From contig DJJF01000015.1 of the NCBI GenBank assembly GCA_002434005.1, positions 1,004 to 45,111 on the forward strand: a stretch of 44,108 nucleotides of DNA. The letters are read 5' to 3'. Below are positions 26,226 to 35,041 of this stretch, piece by piece. Numbering within the stretch: the first letter of the stretch is position 1; each line of letters starts with the position of its first letter. Under the pieces are notes generated by a model. It did not search any database. It saw only the letters and a list, made by a program, of their open reading frames with translations, and was not told where the DNA came from. The DNA comes from Candidatus Saccharibacteria bacterium UBA6575 (GTDB lineage: Bacteria > Patescibacteriota > Saccharimonadia > Saccharimonadales > Saccharimonadaceae). A program made the translations under genes and the position numbers.

Positions 26226-27436
26226 TAAACACTATGAGTAAACACAAACGATATACAGAACGCGGCGCCGTCTCTATTTTTGTGGTCGTGTTCTGTGCGT
26301 TGTTCGTTACGATTATTACGGTCAGTTTTGTGAGTCTGATGATCCGTGGGCAGCAGCAAGCTACCAATGCCGATTTATCTAACAGTGCCTATGATGCAGC
26401 CCTTGCCGGCGTAGAAGATGCCAAACGAGTTCTGCTAAAATATCGCCAATGTGCATCTAATAACTTCACGCCAGCGGGCTGTGCTCAGTTGAAGTTGATC
26501 TTCCAAGATCCACGGTGCAACATGGTACGCCGGGTGCTCACTACCATCAATGATGATGAAGAAACGCTCGTCAAGTCTGAGACCGAAGGCGCGAACTCTA
26601 ATTCAGAACAGCTCGACCAGGCGTATACCTGCGTAGAGGTGGATTACACGTCTGATGAGAAAGTAGTGAAAGTTGCAGACGGTGGATCGACGCTCGTACC
26701 GATAGATGCTAACGGTGAGCCGTATGACACGGTGAATATTAGCTGGTTTATGAAAAAACCAGATAGCCCTGCAGGCCTGACGTTACCGAACATTGCGGTT
26801 ACCGGGCGAACCTTACCAACGCCCGACCAGTGGCACACTGCTGGTGCTACATCGGCTACGCCGCCTATAGTTCGGGCACAGTGGATACAGCACGGGGCGA
26901 CGTTTAGCTCGGCTGACTTTGACGAGGATGATGCAAGCGGTAATTCTAATACCAACACCGTATTCCTATATCCAGGTAACTCGGGTAATGGCACCGGTGG
27001 TAGCGGCACCTCATTCTCATTAAACGATGAGCGTACGGCTGCATCGACGCAAGCCAAACAGCCGATTGCAGTATATTGCAACCCTTTGAACTATTTGAAT
27101 AATGGTGGCTACGCTTGCAGTGTTGACTTGCGTATACCGGATCCAAAAAACAGTGGGGGATCTCGTACATCGTATCTGAACCTTGGTGCCTTCTATAACT
27201 CCACGCAGGTAAGTGTGAAGCTCCTGAATGCCGGAGCGCCAGTTGAAATAGTTGCACCAACCATTGACTCTACCGGTCGGGCCAACGACTTGTTTAGGCG
27301 AGTCAAGGTAGGAATCAGCTTTACTGGTGATTATCCGAAGGCCAATTTTGATATCGGTGGAAATCTTTGTAAAGACTTTGCGGTTACGCCTGATAGGTTC
27401 ATATCAGGTACCTGCGACCCTAACACGCCAAATTAA
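26222..27436 (+). CDS. PilX-N-like pilus-associated protein
   Basis: ERGAVSIFVVVFCALFVTIITVSFVSLM followed by ..SAYDAALAGVEDAK resembles the PilX N-terminal domain. ATGA overlap with the upstream gene. Confidence 0.5.
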   Translation: MINTMSKHKRYTERGAVSIFVVVFCALFVTIITVSFVSLMIRGQQQATNADLSNSAYDAALAGVEDAKRVLLKYRQCASNNFTPAGCAQLKLIFQDPRCNMVRRVLTTINDDEETLVKSETEGANSNSEQLDQAYTCVEVDYTSDEKVVKVADGGSTLVPIDANGEPYDTVNISWFMKKPDSPAGLTLPNIAVTGRTLPTPDQWHTAGATSATPPIVRAQWIQHGATFSSADFDEDDASGNSNTNTVFLYPGNSGNGTGGSGTSFSLNDERTAASTQAKQPIAVYCNPLNYLNNGGYACSVDLRIPDPKNSGGSRTSYLNLGAFYNSTQVSVKLLNAGAPVEIVAPTIDSTGRANDLFRRVKVGISFTGDYPKANFDIGGNLCKDFAVTPDRFISGTCDPNTPN

Positions 27437-28375
27437 TTAGGTATCGCTATGGAACCGCTCGTGTACGTCACGTAGGTGTTCGTCGGTGACATGGGTATAT
27501 ACCTGAGTGGTTGCAATATTGGCATGTCCAAGCATGCTCTGAACGCTACGCAGGTCGGCGCCGTTCATCAGTAGGTCGGTTGCGAAGCTATGTCGCATAG
27601 TATGGGGGCTGACATGCTTCGTAATACCAGCCAGTCGTGCGTATTTGTTGATCATACGCTGAATGGAGCGAGCGGTGAGTCGGCGGTAGTCACCGGTTTG
27701 GTTAGCGACATTGTTCCGCGAGTAGCTTAAAAAGAGCGGGGGAAGATTGTCCATGCGAGTCGCCAGATATTCGTCTACACGTTCGGCAGCAGACTTGCTC
27801 ACGAACACCGGCCGGTCTTTTTGTCCCTTACCACGCACCATAAACTCGCGGCGCTTAGTGTTCACATGTCCACGATTCAGGTTTACGAGCTCCGACACAC
27901 GCAGACCGCTGCTAAAGAGCAGTTCTAAGATCGCTCGGTCACGTAGCCCGGCCTCTTCATCGAGCGCTACTGTTTCAAGGAGCCGGGTTACTTCGTCAAA
28001 GTGTAAGAATGATACCTGTTTACGGCTCACCTTAGGCAACTTTATCTTATCGGCTGTCAGCGATTCGATATTACGGTCGCCGAGGTATTTTAAGAAGCCG
28101 CGCAGGGCAATCAAATGGTAACTCTGCGTTATGGTCGAGAGCTTTTCTTTTTTCTCATTTTCGTAGCGGTTGAGCCAGAGCCGGTATTTACGCACCATTT
28201 CTTGGCTGATCGCACCTACCTTGGTGTCATCGCTGAATTCTACAAATCGTTCAAGGTAGAGTTTGTAGTTCTCGGCTGTCTTGGCCGAACGCCCGCCTTC
28301 GACTTCAAGGCTTTCGACGTAGTCGAGGATCAACTCTGAAACGTACTGCGGATTCATAGTGCTTATAGTATACAA
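27437..28375 (-). CDS. Tyrosine recombinase XerC/XerD-like
   Basis: SAM-like N-terminal domain. Catalytic region RDRAILELLFSSGLRVSE ... HTMRHSFATDLL ... LGHANIATTQVYTHV. Confidence 0.85.
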   Translation of the reverse strand: MYTISTMNPQYVSELILDYVESLEVEGGRSAKTAENYKLYLERFVEFSDDTKVGAISQEMVRKYRLWLNRYENEKKEKLSTITQSYHLIALRGFLKYLGDRNIESLTADKIKLPKVSRKQVSFLHFDEVTRLLETVALDEEAGLRDRAILELLFSSGLRVSELVNLNRGHVNTKRREFMVRGKGQKDRPVFVSKSAAERVDEYLATRMDNLPPLFLSYSRNNVANQTGDYRRLTARSIQRMINKYARLAGITKHVSPHTMRHSFATDLLMNGADLRSVQSMLGHANIATTQVYTHVTDEHLRDVHERFHSDT

Positions 28376-28382
28376 TGCTTAT

Positions 28383-29177
28383 GTGAGCATTCTAGACGCA
28401 ATCATCCTAGGCATCGTACAAGGTTTGACAGAATTTATTCCCGTGTCGTCATCGGGGCACCTTGTGATTACGCAGAACCTGCTCATGGGGCAGGCGGATC
28501 ACCTCTTTATCCAGGCGCTTGACTTTGGAACCTTGGCTGCACTAGTCATTTATTTCTCACCTAAGCTCATCGACCTATTTAAAAAAGTATTTTTTGAACA
28601 CGACTATCGGTTGGCACGCAATATTATCATCACGTGTATCCCGGCTGGACTACTCGGTTTGGTGTTAGCCGACTTTATTCAAAAGAGCGCGGTCTTATTA
28701 AATCCGTTAACGGTGTCTATTATGCTGGCATTAGTGGGTGTGCTCATGGTTGTAGTCGATAAGCTTCCTAAAAAGTCGGCTCGCGCTACGGGTACCGATT
28801 TAAGCCCACGTAGAGCACTCGTCGTTGGTTTGGCGCAGGCATTTGCGCTTATTCCAGGCGTATCCCGGAGCGGTTCAACAATTATCGCGTCTCGTGTCAT
28901 GGGTCTTAGCCCTAAAGCCGCGGCAGAATATAGCTTTATGGTATCGATACCGATTATGTTCGGGCTGATAGGCAAACTACTGCTTAAGCCAACCGACCGC
29001 GCCTATATGGCGCAGCATCTCGATGTCATTGTCATCGCAAATATCGCTGCATTTGTTGCGGCCATACTAGCGATACATTTCTTACTCAAGTACCTGTCAA
29101 AACACGGATTAGCGTTATTTGGCTGGTACCGTATCGTCCTGGCCTCTGTTGTCATCACTGTACTTTTGCTACAATAA
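28383..29177 (+). CDS. uppP: Undecaprenyl-diphosphatase
   Basis: ILGIVQGLTEFIPVSSSGHL and PGVSRSGSTI motifs with multiple TM segments. The GTG at 28383 is preferred over the track start at 28359. Confidence 0.85.
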   Translation: MSILDAIILGIVQGLTEFIPVSSSGHLVITQNLLMGQADHLFIQALDFGTLAALVIYFSPKLIDLFKKVFFEHDYRLARNIIITCIPAGLLGLVLADFIQKSAVLLNPLTVSIMLALVGVLMVVVDKLPKKSARATGTDLSPRRALVVGLAQAFALIPGVSRSGSTIIASRVMGLSPKAAAEYSFMVSIPIMFGLIGKLLLKPTDRAYMAQHLDVIVIANIAAFVAAILAIHFLLKYLSKHGLALFGWYRIVLASVVITVLLLQ

Positions 29178-29214
29178 AGGCAATACATCCAACGTTTTAA
29201 GGAGTCAAAATCTA

Positions 29215-29721
29215 GTGAGTAAAAATCTCGAACAGACTTTAGTATTGTTTAAACCCGATGCATTGCAGCGCGGACTAGTAGGGGAGATCCTAACTCGTTT
29301 CGAACGCGTTGGTTTGCGTATTGTTGGTACCAAAATGATTGCACCCGATAAGGCCCACTTTCACACGCACTACGAAGACATTGGCCAAGTCATTACACGC
29401 CGTGGCGAGACTGTGTTCAACCAAGTGCTCGGCATGATGACCGATGGCCCTGTTATTGCAATGGTATTCGAGGGTGTTGAAGCAGTTGCATTGGTTCGTA
29501 AAATGGTTGGCGCAACTGAACCTAAGTCATCTGCCCCTGGTACAATCCGTGGCGACTTTAGTCACATGAGCTATGGCTACGCAGATACAGAAGATAAGGG
29601 TATTCCAAACCTTATCCACGCCTCTGGCGACTCGGAAGAGGCTGTGAAAGAAGTTGCTCACTGGTTTAGTGACGAAGAACTCTTCGACTACGAAGCACTT
29701 CATGAGAAGTTCACTCGATAA
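29215..29721 (+). CDS. ndk: Nucleoside diphosphate kinase
   Basis: EQTLVLFKPDALQRGLVGEILTRFE, APGTIRGDF, and NLIHASDS-like (IHASGDSEEA). GTG start after AAGGAG. The track's upstream extension overlaps uppP. Confidence 0.85.
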   Translation: MSKNLEQTLVLFKPDALQRGLVGEILTRFERVGLRIVGTKMIAPDKAHFHTHYEDIGQVITRRGETVFNQVLGMMTDGPVIAMVFEGVEAVALVRKMVGATEPKSSAPGTIRGDFSHMSYGYADTEDKGIPNLIHASGDSEEAVKEVAHWFSDEELFDYEALHEKFTR

Positions 29722-29722
29722 T

Positions 29723-29751
29723 AAAAATAGCCCCGAAAGGGGCATTTTTAT
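29723..29751. terminator. Bidirectional intrinsic terminator
   Basis: AAAAATAGCCCCgaaaGGGGCATTTTTAT. Confidence 0.8.
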
Positions 29752-29763
29752 TGAGCAGATATT

Positions 29764-30294
29764 CTAGCTAAGTTGAACTTTGTCGGACTGCAGTGGATTT
29801 TCTGTGACTTTCGCACGATCTCCGGCGAAGCTATCCTGATAGACCGTTATGCGTGTTGTATGGGCATCTAGAACGTGCTTGATTGCTTCTGGGTCGGCAT
29901 TACCTCTGAGGCCACTAAATCCTGTACCGGGTATACCTGCCGTAGCGAGTTTAGGATTCTGAGTGAGCCTTCTAGTCTGTGATATCGTGTCGAGGGCTTC
30001 TTGTAGCATTGCTGGCGTGTCTTCCCATCCGCGACTTTGCTGGCGATGAAGTCCAGTTAGCGCAAGTGAATATGCTGGAATCCATGGCTGTTCCTGACCG
30101 AGGTGGCCAACCATTAGCACTTCTGCTGGTGCCAAGCCGCTATGTTGGCTAAATCGAATCTGTGCAATCTTGAAGCGCCGTAATACCTCACCGCCAAATC
30201 CGCCAGGAACATTTGTTTCGCCGATTGGGAGAGGAACTAGTAGGACATCTTCAAGAGCGTTAAAAGCATCGTCATTCTTGTATCGTTCAATCAT
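29764..30294 (-). CDS. Hypothetical protein (176 aa)
   Basis: Long ORF with backbone composition. No motif recognised. Confidence 0.4.
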   Translation of the reverse strand: MIERYKNDDAFNALEDVLLVPLPIGETNVPGGFGGEVLRRFKIAQIRFSQHSGLAPAEVLMVGHLGQEQPWIPAYSLALTGLHRQQSRGWEDTPAMLQEALDTISQTRRLTQNPKLATAGIPGTGFSGLRGNADPEAIKHVLDAHTTRITVYQDSFAGDRAKVTENPLQSDKVQLS

Positions 30295-30354
30295 GGGGCT
30301 AGTATAGGCTTCGTGTATAGCCTAAACAAGCGTGAGCGTAAACGATGTACCGAA

Positions 30355-30702
30355 CTATCCACTCATTCTGCTAATTTCAATGCCATTAGAGTCGTACTGT
30401 ACAATCTTAAGCCCACAGTCTCGAAAGACGCAGCTCAGCCCCCTACAAGTAAATCGAGTTGTAATTTCTTGTGGCTCATTGGCTTCGGGGTAGTGAAGAC
30501 CTCCATGTTTCTGAAAGTCGCTTGCAAGCTTGGCCGCGGCTCCTCCTTCAATATGCTCTATGCATTTAGCGCGTTTATCCTTGTCATGGGGTAAATCAGG
30601 ACCCAGCATGTATTCATTAAACGTTCGAGATTCGTTACTTCCGTGTTCAAAAATAGAACCTCCGGTTGGAGCGCGTTTTGACATATCCACTCTTTCGGCC
30701 AT
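30355..30702 (-). CDS. Hypothetical protein (115 aa)
   Basis: ORF on the same strand as its neighbours. No motif recognised. Confidence 0.35.
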   Translation of the reverse strand: MAERVDMSKRAPTGGSIFEHGSNESRTFNEYMLGPDLPHDKDKRAKCIEHIEGGAAAKLASDFQKHGGLHYPEANEPQEITTRFTCRGLSCVFRDCGLKIVQYDSNGIEISRMSG

Positions 30703-30844
30703 AGGGATACTATATACCAGGTATGGAGAATGTAAAGGGGGTCGACCCCGGGCAGACGGGTGCGCGTCAATCCGCGCGCCGAATGTTTCGGGCGCTAGAC
30801 TGACGACCGAACCTTAACGGTTCGGATTCGTGATACGAATCACT

Positions 30845-30881
30845 AAATTTAAAGACCGGTCAGAAGGTCGGTCTTTAAATT
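30845..30881 (-). terminator. Terminator hairpin directly after tRNA-Arg
   Basis: Perfect 14-bp palindromic arms AAATTTAAAGACCG / CGGTCTTTAAATTT. Confidence 0.7.
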
Positions 30882-30958
30882 TGGTACCCCGGGCAGGAGT
30901 CGAACCTGCAACCTTATCCTTAGGACGGATCTGCTCTATCCAGTTGAGCTACCGAGGC
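30882..30958 (-). tRNA. tRNA-Arg (anticodon CCU)
   Basis: Hand-folded cloverleaf: acceptor GCCTCGG/CCGGGGT (two G-U pairs), D arm GCTC/GAGC, anticodon loop GTCCTAA, T arm GCAGG-TTCGACT-CCTGC, encoded CCA. Confidence 0.8.
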
Positions 30959-31015
30959 GCGTTACCTCTGTAATTTTATCATAGTTACTACCGTTCATTC
31001 TGCTATACTATTGCC

Positions 31016-31564
31016 ATGAGCGATACAGCTGCAAAAGAAACACGACAAGTCGCTTTTGAAGGGCAACGAGAGGGTGAGGAGTTGCTTTTTATCTTTCGTC
31101 GCCACATTATCGCAATGCGAAAAGGTTTTTACGGCTTACTGATTCCATTCGCCTTGAGTTCGATCCCACCACTCATCTGGCAGGATAACTTGCAGCTATT
31201 CTTGCTACCAATAGGTGGACTTGTGATTGGCTTAATCATCTTTAGCTACCACTTTGTTCTGTGGTACTACACGGTATATATCGTTACAAATGAGCGCATT
31301 CGACAGGTGACGCAAAACGGTTTCTTTGGTACCGACGTGGTGGAGCTGCGCCTGTCGAAAATCCAAAACATAAGCTATAATGTTCCTGGGTTCAGCGGTG
31401 AGGTTTTCGGCTTTGGAACCATTGTCATACAGACGTTTGTCGGTGACTTGGTAATCCATAAAGTCGAGCATCCCGAGAAGACATACAATAAGCTGCAAGA
31501 CGCCGTCATGAACGCGATTGAAAAGGTAGGGGGCTATGAAAAAACTGAAGTTGAAGCGGGCTAA
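31016..31564 (+). CDS. Membrane protein with a bacterial PH (YdbS/YdbT-like) domain
   Basis: Two TM segments followed by YIVTNERIRQV...LSKIQNISY...GTIVIQT, which is typical of bPH_2. Confidence 0.55.
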   Translation: MSDTAAKETRQVAFEGQREGEELLFIFRRHIIAMRKGFYGLLIPFALSSIPPLIWQDNLQLFLLPIGGLVIGLIIFSYHFVLWYYTVYIVTNERIRQVTQNGFFGTDVVELRLSKIQNISYNVPGFSGEVFGFGTIVIQTFVGDLVIHKVEHPEKTYNKLQDAVMNAIEKVGGYEKTEVEAG

Positions 31565-32609
31565 GAAGCAAGAGCAAGCCCCGTCACGTATTACAAACGA
31601 GACGGTAGCTGAGCACCGCGAACAGATTTTGGCCGGCGGGCGTAAATTTAAATATCCGCACCAATATGAGCGACATAAATTAGTATTCAACGTCGTCATT
31701 ATTGCTATCGTTACGGTAGTAATTCTAGCTGTCATTATTTGGTGGCAATTGTATCCCGCACAGAATACCAGTACATTTTTTTACCGCGTCACACGTATCT
31801 TGCCCGTGCCGGTTGCGAGTATCGATGGCACTCAAGTTCGCTACAGCGACTACCTTATGAGCTTTTCTGGCTCGCAGCACTACCTAAAGCAGTCTGAGCA
31901 GCTTAACTTGAACAGCGAAGACGGTAAGCGCCAGCTAGAATTCATTAAGCGCCAAGCTCTCGACGGCGCGATCGCCGATGCCTATGCCGCTAAGATCGCC
32001 CGCGAAAAGAGCATCAGCGTTACTGATAAGCAGGTGAACGATGTCATTGATGCCAGTCTGAACACGGTATCAGGCAAAATTTCTCAGGATATTTATGACG
32101 ATTCAACCTTAAGTACGCTTGGCTACAGCGCCGATGAGTATCGCCAGATCATACGTCGCTCGCTCGTACGACAAGAGGTGGCATATGCAGTGGATACTAA
32201 AGCCAACAATGCCAAGAAGGCAGCAGAAGACTTGCTCAAAGCAAATCCCTCACTAGGCCTTGCTGACGTAGCCAAGCAGTTACAGGACAAAGGCTATTCG
32301 ACCGTGCAGCTTGGATCGACGGGCCAGTTAATACCACGGACTAACCATGATGGTGGCGTAACGCAGCAAGCGGCCAAGCTCCAAAACGGTCAAACATCGG
32401 GATTCTTCCAATCGAATGATGGGAGCTTTGAGCGCAATGGGTACTACATTGTACAGCTCGTCGAATCGAACGATAAGCAGGTGAGCTACAACTACATCCG
32501 CATACCACTGACAGTTTTCAGTGAACAACTCAGAACTCTTGCGAAGAATAAGAAGATTTCAGAATACATCGGCGTAAAGCAGAGCAGTAGCGAAATAATT
32601 CGGCGCTAA
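31536..32609 (+). CDS. SurA-N/PpiD-like periplasmic chaperone-domain protein
   Basis: N-terminal TM segment, then ASIDGTQVRYSDYL...QALDGAIADAYAAKIAREKSISVTDKQVNDVI, which resembles a SurA N-terminal domain. Confidence 0.45.
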   Translation: MKKLKLKRAKKQEQAPSRITNETVAEHREQILAGGRKFKYPHQYERHKLVFNVVIIAIVTVVILAVIIWWQLYPAQNTSTFFYRVTRILPVPVASIDGTQVRYSDYLMSFSGSQHYLKQSEQLNLNSEDGKRQLEFIKRQALDGAIADAYAAKIAREKSISVTDKQVNDVIDASLNTVSGKISQDIYDDSTLSTLGYSADEYRQIIRRSLVRQEVAYAVDTKANNAKKAAEDLLKANPSLGLADVAKQLQDKGYSTVQLGSTGQLIPRTNHDGGVTQQAAKLQNGQTSGFFQSNDGSFERNGYYIVQLVESNDKQVSYNYIRIPLTVFSEQLRTLAKNKKISEYIGVKQSSSEIIRR

Positions 32610-32659
32610 TGATCCACCTCCTCAACACGCGTATAATAGTAAGATAACGAAGGAGGGAT

Positions 32660-33259
32660 ATGTTCCAGTTACCGAATCTTACTTATGACTACGATGCACT
32701 CGGGCAATACATCAGTAAAGACATCATGCAGCTTCATCACTCGAAGCACCATCAAACGTATGTCGACAAGCTCAATAAAGCGCTTGACGATGCGCCTGAG
32801 CTCAAAGAACAAAGTCTTGAGTCGTTGCTGATGAATCTTGATTCAATTCCAGAAGCTGTGCGCTCGGCGATCCGCAACCAAGGTGGTGGTCACTATAATC
32901 ACACACTGTTTTGGCAGTGGATGAGCCCCGATGGGGGTAGTGAACCTTCAGGTGAATTAGCGAACAAATTAATTGCTCAGTACGGCTCTTACCAGGGGTT
33001 TGTAGATGAGTTTACTGCTAAATCATTAGCAGTTTTTGGGAGTGGTTGGTGCTGGCTCATGCCGGATATGTCAATTGTAACTAGCGCGAACCAGGATAGT
33101 CCGATTATGGAAGGCAAGGCTGCTCCACTCCTAGGACTTGATGTCTGGGAACACGCGTATTACTTGGACTACAAGAACAAGCGTGATGATTATGTGGCTG
33201 CGTGGTGGAATGTCGTGAATTGGGACTTTGTAGCCTCGCGCTTGACCGAATCAAAGTAG
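32660..33259 (+). CDS. sodA: Fe/Mn superoxide dismutase
   Basis: LPNLTYDYDAL, HHSKHHQTYV, and DVWEHAYYLDYKNKRDDYV..WWNVVNWDFV. Confidence 0.95.
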   Translation: MFQLPNLTYDYDALGQYISKDIMQLHHSKHHQTYVDKLNKALDDAPELKEQSLESLLMNLDSIPEAVRSAIRNQGGGHYNHTLFWQWMSPDGGSEPSGELANKLIAQYGSYQGFVDEFTAKSLAVFGSGWCWLMPDMSIVTSANQDSPIMEGKAAPLLGLDVWEHAYYLDYKNKRDDYVAAWWNVVNWDFVASRLTESK

Positions 33260-33264
33260 GTACC

Positions 33265-33828
33265 ATGCAAGATGCTCCAGAGTTTTATGCCAAGGACCGA
33301 CAAGCTTGGCGCAGTTGGCTACAGAAGAACCACGCCACAAAGCAGGCAGTCTGGCTTATCTATGACAAGGGAAATGCTCGAACTATGAGCTGGGGCGATA
33401 TTGTGCAGGAAAGTCTCTGCTTTGGTTGGATTGATTCTAGACCAGGCAAAGTTTCGGACACCCAAAGTAAGATATATATTTCAAAGCGTAAGCCCTCGAG
33501 CGGCTGGTCAAGAGTTAATAAGGCACACATTGAAGAACTTGTGGTCCGGGGATTAATGATGCCAGCGGGTCAGCAAGCTATCGATGCAGCTAAGGCGAGT
33601 GGTGCCTGGGATAAGTTTTCAATGTCTGATAACTTACAACTCTCGCCAGAGCTAATCGAAGCATTTAACGCTAATCCAGTTGCGAAAAAGAATTTCGATA
33701 GTTTTACCGAATCAGGTAGGAGGATCATCTTAGAATGGCTGTATCAGGCTAAGCGGCCAGAGACGGCTCAGACTCGGATACAAAAGATTATTGAGGATGC
33801 AGAGGCTGGCAAGAAGGCGTTTGGCTAA
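33265..33828 (+). CDS. YdeI/OmpD-associated family protein
   Basis: FYAKDRQAWRSWLQKNH..VWLIY.., WIDS..., AIDAAKASGAWD, and the C-terminal part QAKRPETAQTRIQKII. Confidence 0.6.
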   Translation: MQDAPEFYAKDRQAWRSWLQKNHATKQAVWLIYDKGNARTMSWGDIVQESLCFGWIDSRPGKVSDTQSKIYISKRKPSSGWSRVNKAHIEELVVRGLMMPAGQQAIDAAKASGAWDKFSMSDNLQLSPELIEAFNANPVAKKNFDSFTESGRRIILEWLYQAKRPETAQTRIQKIIEDAEAGKKAFG

Positions 33829-34244
33829 GATTGATTTGACGGAAGCGCATAACCTTCTTCAAGATAGTCAACTTCGATTTCTGGGTTCACTGCTCCCTCA
33901 GCGATAACGTGTGTTTTTAATGCATCTACACATAGCTCCTGGAAATTGATTGGAGTTTCTCCAAGCTCGTGTATTTTTTCGGTAATCAATGCTTCACGCT
34001 TTGAAAGTCGCCTCATGCGCTTTGATCTGCCTCTGGCGTACCGCTTCTTTTCATTTGGTGTCCGCGGTTCTTTTGTTACTACGAAAAGCTCTGGGTGCTC
34101 TTTTCGGACCTCTTTTTCGGCGCGCGCTCGCTGATCGAGCATTGCATGAATCGAAGGTGATAGTCGATCGGTAAACCTTTGGATTGAACCGATAATCTCG
34201 CTACTCGCATGAGTAGGGATGCCTGGGATGTACTCTTCTGACAT
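33825..34244 (-). CDS. Hypothetical protein (139 aa)
   Basis: ORF with a basic central region. No motif recognised. Confidence 0.35.
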   Translation of the reverse strand: MSEEYIPGIPTHASSEIIGSIQRFTDRLSPSIHAMLDQRARAEKEVRKEHPELFVVTKEPRTPNEKKRYARGRSKRMRRLSKREALITEKIHELGETPINFQELCVDALKTHVIAEGAVNPEIEVDYLEEGYALPSNQS

Positions 34245-34331
34245 AGGGCGATTGTAGGAGTGTACTCACATTGTGACAAGCATGACCGGATTACCGCAAG
34301 TAAGCTGCTTGCCTAAACCTGAATGAACACT

Positions 34332-34360
34332 AAGAAAAACGAGCCACCATAAGGTGACTC
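34332..34360 (-). terminator. Terminator after tRNA-Asp
   Basis: On the minus strand: GAGTCACCttatGGTGGCTC followed by GTTTTTCTT. Confidence 0.6.
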
Positions 34361-34368
34361 ATTTTTCT

Positions 34369-34444
34369 TGGCGCGCTCGACCGGATTTGAACCGGCGATC
34401 TCCTCCGTGACAGGGAGGCGTGATAACCCCTTCACTACGAGCGC
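34369..34444 (-). tRNA. tRNA-Asp (anticodon GUC)
   Basis: Hand fold: acceptor GCGCTCG/CGAGCGC, D arm GTGA/TCAC, anticodon stem CCTCC/GGAGG with loop CTGTCAC, T loop TTCAAAT, encoded CCA. Confidence 0.85.
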
Positions 34445-34577
34445 ACGAGTTTTCGACTCCACGTACTATAGCAAAATTCCACCCCTGGTGCAACCGCTCA
34501 TAGGCAGCTATTTTCGGGTGTAGAAATAGGGAAGTGAAATGGTATACTTAACAGGTACTAGCAGGCAAGTTGAATAC

Positions 34578-34653
34578 GCCGCTATAGCTCAGCTGGTAGA
34601 GCGGCGCTTTCGTAAAGCGTAGGTCTCCGGTTCAAATCCGGATAGCGGCTCCA
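34578..34653 (+). tRNA. tRNA-Thr (anticodon CGU)
   Basis: Hand fold: acceptor GCCGCTA/TAGCGGC, D arm GCTC/GAGC, anticodon stem GCGCT/AGCGT with loop TTCGTAA, T arm TCCGG-TTCAAAT-CCGGA, discriminator U, encoded CCA. Confidence 0.9.
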
Positions 34654-34660
34654 CATTGTA

Positions 34661-35038
34661 ATGAAACATATTTTTCAAACCACACTCAAACAAATTCTCG
34701 CCGACAGGCCTGTATTGCTATTACTATTTGGCCTACTGATCGGGGGCGTGGCATACATTATGTATGTTGCATTTAATCTAAACGCAAGCGACCTGCAGCT
34801 TGCCACTCGTTATACCTCGTTTGGCGAAACACATTTCTATCGTGAAAAATGGTGGTACCTGCTAAGCTTCGTTGGCTTTGGCATGCTGTTCATTATTGCC
34901 CACATAACAATGCTCGCAAAGCTCCATGCGATCGGCCTGCGCCAGCTTGCGGTAGCATTTGCATGGCTATCGCTTATCGTGCTCGTACTGATGTTTGTCT
35001 ACACGTATGCGGTCTTAGGCATCGCGTATCTGAATTAG
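34661..35038 (+). CDS. Small integral membrane protein (125 aa, 4 TM)
   Basis: Hydrophobic spans. It sits immediately upstream of the GT2 gene. Confidence 0.45.
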   Translation: MKHIFQTTLKQILADRPVLLLLFGLLIGGVAYIMYVAFNLNASDLQLATRYTSFGETHFYREKWWYLLSFVGFGMLFIIAHITMLAKLHAIGLRQLAVAFAWLSLIVLVLMFVYTYAVLGIAYLN

Positions 35039-35041
35039 CGT

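Noticed and set aside
27437-28375. The tyrosine recombinase as the integrase of a mobile element carrying the pilus genes or the islands.
   Set aside because: It has the XerC/D domain layout and backbone composition. It is tightly packed between pilus and uppP genes with no flanking repeats. It is far from the GC-rich islands and the tRNA-Arg repeat.
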